This document shows, one piece after another, positions 15,751 through 20,000 of a stretch of DNA of 20,000 nucleotides (position 1 is its first letter; every line of letters begins with the position of its first letter). The stretch lies in the IMG/VR virus record IMGVR_UViG_2911005044_000001. One strand, written 5' to 3'. The position numbers and the translations under genes are program-made. The DNA comes from an uncultured virus (IMG/VR IMGVR_UViG_2911005044_000001). Its lineage: Duplodnaviria; Heunggongvirae; Uroviricota; Caudoviricetes. The notes under the pieces were generated by a model. It saw only the letters and a list, made by a program, of their open reading frames with translations, was not told the DNA's origin and searched no databases.

Positions 15751-16152
15751 ATGGATAGATATACATACAATTGTAACTATTGTGGCAATAGTTACGTTCC
15801 TAGGAGAAGATATAAACAAAAGTATTGTTGTAATAGTTGCAGAGTAAACGCTTTTAAGCGTAAATAAAAGTTACACGAAAATTTACCGCAACAAGTCAAT
15901 AAGTCCGATACAGCACAAAAAGACAAAATGAGTTTGTCTGGTATAGGCAATGCTGCCGTGGGAACGCTTGCAACAAATATTGTCACAAACATCTTTACTA
16001 AAGAAGAAAATAAGCCAGCAACAAAAGGAGATATTCAAAAACTGCTAGGCACAGGTTTACACCAGGATATTTTAGTTAAAAATGTTCCTGCAAGAAGCGA
16101 TGGTGCTAGAGCATATTTTAATACAGTACAACAAATTTTATTTTATAAATAA
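15751..16152 (+). pseudogene. Zinc-finger protein gene interrupted by an in-frame TAA
   Basis: ATG 15751 reads MDRYTYNCNYCGNSYVPRRRYKQKYCCNSCRVNAFKRK*KLHENLP...KDK, then continues in frame into the 74-aa ORF at 15928. The stop is at 15865-15867. Confidence 0.7.
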
Positions 16153-16160
16153 TAAAAATC

Positions 16161-16475
16161 ATGAGAAATCAAAATACGCTTAATAAATCAGAAATTTTAA
16201 AAAGACTAGAAGCACTCTATTCAGACATGTTATCACTTAGAGTCAATGATATATTAAAGGTTAGAGTTATTGATAACTTAATATCTAAAGTTAATATCAT
16301 TATTGAAATAATAAAGTACAACCCAAGACTGCCATTGTATGATATTGAAAACGCAATTATTAATCTTTGTAAAGAAGACAATTCAATAAACGGTGTAAAT
16401 ATTCAGATCTTATTCAACAAGAAGTTTGATGATGTTGACAAAAATAAAATGGCTTATTTAATCGTAAATGTGTAA
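16161..16475 (+). CDS. Hypothetical protein (104 aa)
   Basis: Operonic ORF ending 2 bp before the NTPase gene. Confidence 0.65.
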   Translation: MRNQNTLNKSEILKRLEALYSDMLSLRVNDILKVRVIDNLISKVNIIIEIIKYNPRLPLYDIENAIINLCKEDNSINGVNIQILFNKKFDDVDKNKMAYLIVNV

Positions 16476-16477
16476 TC

Positions 16478-17668
16478 ATGGAAAATAAATATTTACGTAT
16501 CGGTACAACCTATTATAAAAACGTCACAAAACCATTATTGAGTCAAGACAGTATTAACATATTAGTACAATGGTCAAAGAGTGAATTAATGACAGATTAT
16601 GGAAAGGATTTTATAAAAAGCATTCCTCGATATGACGGTTTCTGTTTAATACCATCCCACACCAATTATAAAAAAGTAATAGACGGTTTTTACAATCGCT
16701 ATGAAAAGTTAGAGCATGAGTTTATTACTGGTGAATTTCCGAACACTACAGCATTTTTAAAACACATTTTTGGCGAGCAATATGAGATAGGTTTAGACTA
16801 CTTGAGTATTCTTTGGCATCATCCATCTCAAGTACTACCCATATTATGCCTAGTAAGTAACGAGCGTAATACAGGTAAAACAACTTTTTTAAATTGGATG
16901 AAGCTCATATTTCAAAATAACATGACCATTAACAATAACGAAGATTTTAGAAGTCGATTTAACTCAGATTGGGCATCTAAGCTAATCATTGCCGTTGATG
17001 AAGTATTGTTAGATAAACGTGAAGATAGCGAACGATTAAAAAACCTTTCAACAGCACAAACCTATAAAAGCGAAGCTAAAGGCAAGGATAAAACTGAAGG
17101 TAGCTTTTTCGGTAAATTTATTTTATGCTCTAACAACGAAGAAAACTTTGTCTATATCGATGATTCCGAAATAAGATATTGGGTGCGCAAAATAATTCCT
17201 TTTGATTTATCCGCAGACAACCCTAATCTTTTAGACGCTTTAAAAAAAGAACTACCTTATTTTATACATGCCATAAAGACCAGAGAAATATCATCACCAA
17301 GAAAAACAAGGATGTGGTTTACAAAAGAACAGATTTACACAAGAGCATTAGCCGTATTGATGAATGGTAATAGAACTTTTATAAATAAAGAGTTAGAGCA
17401 AATATTATCTGATGAATTTTTAATGTTCGACACTGACACACTAAAATATTCTATCGGAGATCTAGTTGAAAAACTGAGTAAACATAATATTAGAACAAGT
17501 TCTTTCAAAGTTTCAGAACTAATTAAAAAAATGTATCAACTAGAACCTAAAAATAGTACATATACTAAATATCACATATCACAATCTGCAACAGATATGC
17601 CCATTGTTGGTGAAACAACTCATAAAGGTCGTCATTATACGTTTAAAAAAGCCATGTTTAAAAACTAA
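16478..17668 (+). CDS. Primase-associated P-loop NTPase/helicase (DUF5906/D5-like, 396 aa)
   Basis: Walker A SNERNTGKTT, Walker B LIIAVDE, EAKGKD, motif C FILCSN, and IRYWV. This is a typical replication gene of Bacteroidota integrative elements. Confidence 0.82.
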   Translation: MENKYLRIGTTYYKNVTKPLLSQDSINILVQWSKSELMTDYGKDFIKSIPRYDGFCLIPSHTNYKKVIDGFYNRYEKLEHEFITGEFPNTTAFLKHIFGEQYEIGLDYLSILWHHPSQVLPILCLVSNERNTGKTTFLNWMKLIFQNNMTINNNEDFRSRFNSDWASKLIIAVDEVLLDKREDSERLKNLSTAQTYKSEAKGKDKTEGSFFGKFILCSNNEENFVYIDDSEIRYWVRKIIPFDLSADNPNLLDALKKELPYFIHAIKTREISSPRKTRMWFTKEQIYTRALAVLMNGNRTFINKELEQILSDEFLMFDTDTLKYSIGDLVEKLSKHNIRTSSFKVSELIKKMYQLEPKNSTYTKYHISQSATDMPIVGETTHKGRHYTFKKAMFKN

Positions 17669-17845
17669 GTTGATTTGTTGATTAATTACTGTAAAGCCAT
17701 GCTAGCTGGCTTTTATAGTATAAACAGATCGTCAACCATTTAGCAACAAACAGAATTTTTCAAATGTTGACCAGATGTTTCTCAACCGTTTACAACTAAA
17801 TCTTTGAGCACATTGACTTTTGAATGATTTAGCAACAAGCAACAT
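17669..17845. repeat. CAAC/GTTG-rich repeat region with hairpin, candidate replication origin
   Basis: GTTGATTTGTTGATT at 17669, ATTTAGCAACAA at 17738-17749 and 17827-17838, further TCAACC/ACAAC/GTTGAC copies, and an imperfect hairpin ACTGTAAAGCCA...TGGCTTTTATAGT (17688-17719). Confidence 0.45.
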
Positions 17846-17950
17846 TAGAACAGTAATAAACGGTTCGGTTTAAAATATTAAGTCTTTTGGTTCTCAGTGT
17901 AATTATCCAATGACCTTATGAGTCAATTTGTTTTTTCTAAGGCATGTAAA

Positions 17951-18964
17951 TCATGAAATATTTTCCATGGATATTTTTGATTTTACATGATAAACTTGTG
18001 GCTTAGTAAGCTCATTTGATGATATTTTAATTAACAAAGCTTTTGCTGCCTTTTTACCCAAATCCTCAGCGCATTGATCAATAATGTGAAGAAAAGGGTA
18101 TCTCGAAAGCGATTTTACATGTTCAGCACAACAACCAACAATATGCACATTAGAGTTTCTCAGAGAATCTTCATTATTAATTATATCGAGTACTTTCTGA
18201 GTTGTAGAATCATTAGCACATATTATAGCATCGACTTTGTCTTGACGTATTAACACTAACAATTCTTGATGCAAGATATGCGGATCTGTTGTTCGAATGG
18301 TTTTGATTTTTTCTTCTAATTCATTATCTATCATTGCTGTTTTATACCCTTGGTAACGCAATTCTTCAATGGTAAGTCCGCCCATAAGAGAGACAAAAAT
18401 AATATGTTTGGCAGATGTATTCTTTAAGAGTCGCAGACACGTACTATATGTAACATCATAATCATCAGAAACCACGTGATCCTCATTAATTGTATTATCT
18501 AATCTATCAACATATATTCTAGGAATACCTAATATGTTACTGTGTGTTAAGTGATGTGTACTTTTGGTTAGTTGGGTCTCCCTTGAAATACTCAAAATGA
18601 TTCCTTCAGTAGAGCCATCAGTTAAGTTATTTATACATTCTTCTTCTCTTTTTATAGAATCTTTAGAGAATAGTGTCATCATTTTGTAATTATTTGTCGC
18701 TAATACTTTTTCTATTCCTGTTAGCAACTCAGCGTAATAAGGATTTAAAATTGTCGGTAAAATAACTCCTATAGTCTTTGAATGTCCACCTCTCAGCTTG
18801 GTAGCAAAGTAATTAGGTTTGTAGTGCATAGCGTCAGCCATTTTTTTAACACGGTTCTTTGTGTTTGAGCTAATTTCTTGACTCTGAGACAAGGCTTTAG
18901 AAACTGTTGACACCGATAGATTTAATAGCTCTGCTATTTGTCTTAAAGTAACTTCTTTTTTCAT
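17951..18964 (-). CDS. LacI family transcriptional regulator
   Basis: VTLRQIAELLNLSVSTVSKAL HTH, YKPNYFATKLR hinge, and a periplasmic-binding-protein-like domain (DAIICAND). Confidence 0.95.
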   Translation of the reverse strand: MKKEVTLRQIAELLNLSVSTVSKALSQSQEISSNTKNRVKKMADAMHYKPNYFATKLRGGHSKTIGVILPTILNPYYAELLTGIEKVLATNNYKMMTLFSKDSIKREEECINNLTDGSTEGIILSISRETQLTKSTHHLTHSNILGIPRIYVDRLDNTINEDHVVSDDYDVTYSTCLRLLKNTSAKHIIFVSLMGGLTIEELRYQGYKTAMIDNELEEKIKTIRTTDPHILHQELLVLIRQDKVDAIICANDSTTQKVLDIINNEDSLRNSNVHIVGCCAEHVKSLSRYPFLHIIDQCAEDLGKKAAKALLIKISSNELTKPQVYHVKSKISMENIS

Positions 18965-18965
18965 A

Positions 18966-20000
18966 TCAGTTCTTTTTTTCCAGATGATAATATTCTTCCC
19001 ATTGCCAAGAATGAGATATCATATCCTCTAATCCCATTTTAGCTCTCCATCCTAATATATCATTAGCCTTATCGACATTGGCATAAAGTTTTGGAACATC
19101 TCCATCTCTACGTTCAGTAATTTCATAATTCAATTTCTGCTTCGTAACCTTTTGAAAAGCTTCAATTACCTCCAAGACGGAATACCCCTCTCCTGTTCCC
19201 AAATTAAATATCTCAAGATTGTGATCTTTCTCTTTACTAAAAATTCTATTTAATGCCAGCACGTGTGCCTCAGCTAAATCTACCACGTGTATGTAATCCC
19301 TAATTGGTGTCCCGTCTTTTGTGGGGTAATCGTTACCGAAAACCATAAGTTTATCTCTTTTACCTATTGCGGTTTGAGTTATATAAGGCATTAAGTTATT
19401 AGGGATTCCATTGGGTAGTTCTCCAATCATACCAGATTGATGCGCTCCTATAGGATTAAAATAACGAAGAGAAATTGCTCTTAAATTGGGGTTTGCCTTT
19501 ACAACATCATCAATTATCTCTTCTGCCATTTTTTTTGTATTGCCATATGGCGAGAAGGGACGCTGAGTTTCATTAGATTCTTTTATTGGTAAGGTTTTGG
19601 GATTCCCATATACTGTCGCTGACGAAGAAAATATAAAATTATTTATATTGTATTTCTCCATTGCCATTAACGTATTTACAAGGGCACAAAGATTGTTCTG
19701 ATAATACATAAGTGGTTTTTGAACTGATTCTGAAACCGCTTTGTGTGCTGCAAAATGAATCACTGCATCAATATCTTTATTATATCTAAAGGCATTCTCA
19801 GCTAAAAAGGAATTTTTTAAATCAATATTTAAAAGTTTTGGTTTAACACCGGTAATTTTTTTTATGCGTTCCAAAACTTGTTCATTTGAATTGGATAAAT
19901 CATCAATTATTATAACTTCAAAATCATGCTCTATTAATGCTATTACAGTGTGAGATCCTATATACCCACAACCTCCTGTTATGATAATTCTATTTTTCAT
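18966..20000 (-). CDS. galE: UDP-glucose 4-epimerase
   Basis: ITGGCGYIGSH, HFAAHKAVSES, FSSSATVYG, YGNTK, LRYFNPIGAH, PNNLMPY, RDYIHVVDLA. Confidence 0.97.
   Translation of the reverse strand: MKNRIIITGGCGYIGSHTVIALIEHDFEVIIIDDLSNSNEQVLERIKKITGVKPKLLNIDLKNSFLAENAFRYNKDIDAVIHFAAHKAVSESVQKPLMYYQNNLCALVNTLMAMEKYNINNFIFSSSATVYGNPKTLPIKESNETQRPFSPYGNTKKMAEEIIDDVVKANPNLRAISLRYFNPIGAHQSGMIGELPNGIPNNLMPYITQTAIGKRDKLMVFGNDYPTKDGTPIRDYIHVVDLAEAHVLALNRIFSKEKDHNLEIFNLGTGEGYSVLEVIEAFQKVTKQKLNYEITERRDGDVPKLYANVDKANDILGWRAKMGLEDMISHSWQWEEYYHLEKKN

Larger units (their letters stand above)
12713..20000. mobile_element. Tyrosine-integrase island (satellite-like int-xis-primase/helicase core), right end probably outside window
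   Basis: tRNA fragment, integrase, Xis and NTPase, visibly more AT-rich than 1-6000. I found no intact tRNA-Arg in the window, so the right boundary is inferred to lie beyond 20000. Confidence 0.7.

Noticed and set aside
7432..15992. ORFs 7432+, 8951+, 9012+, 9795-, 13015-, 15792-
   Set aside because: Each lies opposite a better-supported gene and has no recognisable features.
17951..20000. galE as dedicated sugar supplier for the left-element glycosyltransferase
   Set aside because: The genes lie ~11 kb apart in different elements separated by the att site, and nothing in the sequence links them.

Overview
Accessory region of a Bacteroidota genome, probably Flavobacteriaceae (inferred from TAnnTTTG promoters, A-rich leaders without SD sites and the tRNA-Arg sequence). 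Two integrated elements appear to be stacked at one tRNA-Arg(ACG) site. Left element (runs off the left edge, ends ~12750): a large serine recombinase whose ORF ends inside an antisense tRNA-Arg 3' fragment, a divergent repressor/Cro-like switch, a wHTH replication-type protein, a divergent GT-B glycosyltransferase, a hairpin-rich 260-bp intergenic region, and a coupled operon of N6-adenine MTase, acidic 141-aa protein and Strawberry-notch SF2 helicase. The helicase (1-2778, minus) is missing from the ORF track because it is open to the window edge. Right element (from ~12713): tyrosine integrase, AT-rich orphan, Xis-like HTH, a zinc-finger gene broken by an in-frame stop, and a primase-associated P-loop NTPase with a repeat-rich downstream region. 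A LacI regulator and galE follow and are predicted to be cargo. The best candidates for new biology are the glycosyltransferase/structured RNA/split MTase-helicase module, a doubled DUF2292-like protein followed by a small three-way-junction RNA, and two frame-independent DNA motifs. All family calls come from reading motifs by eye; no searches were run.
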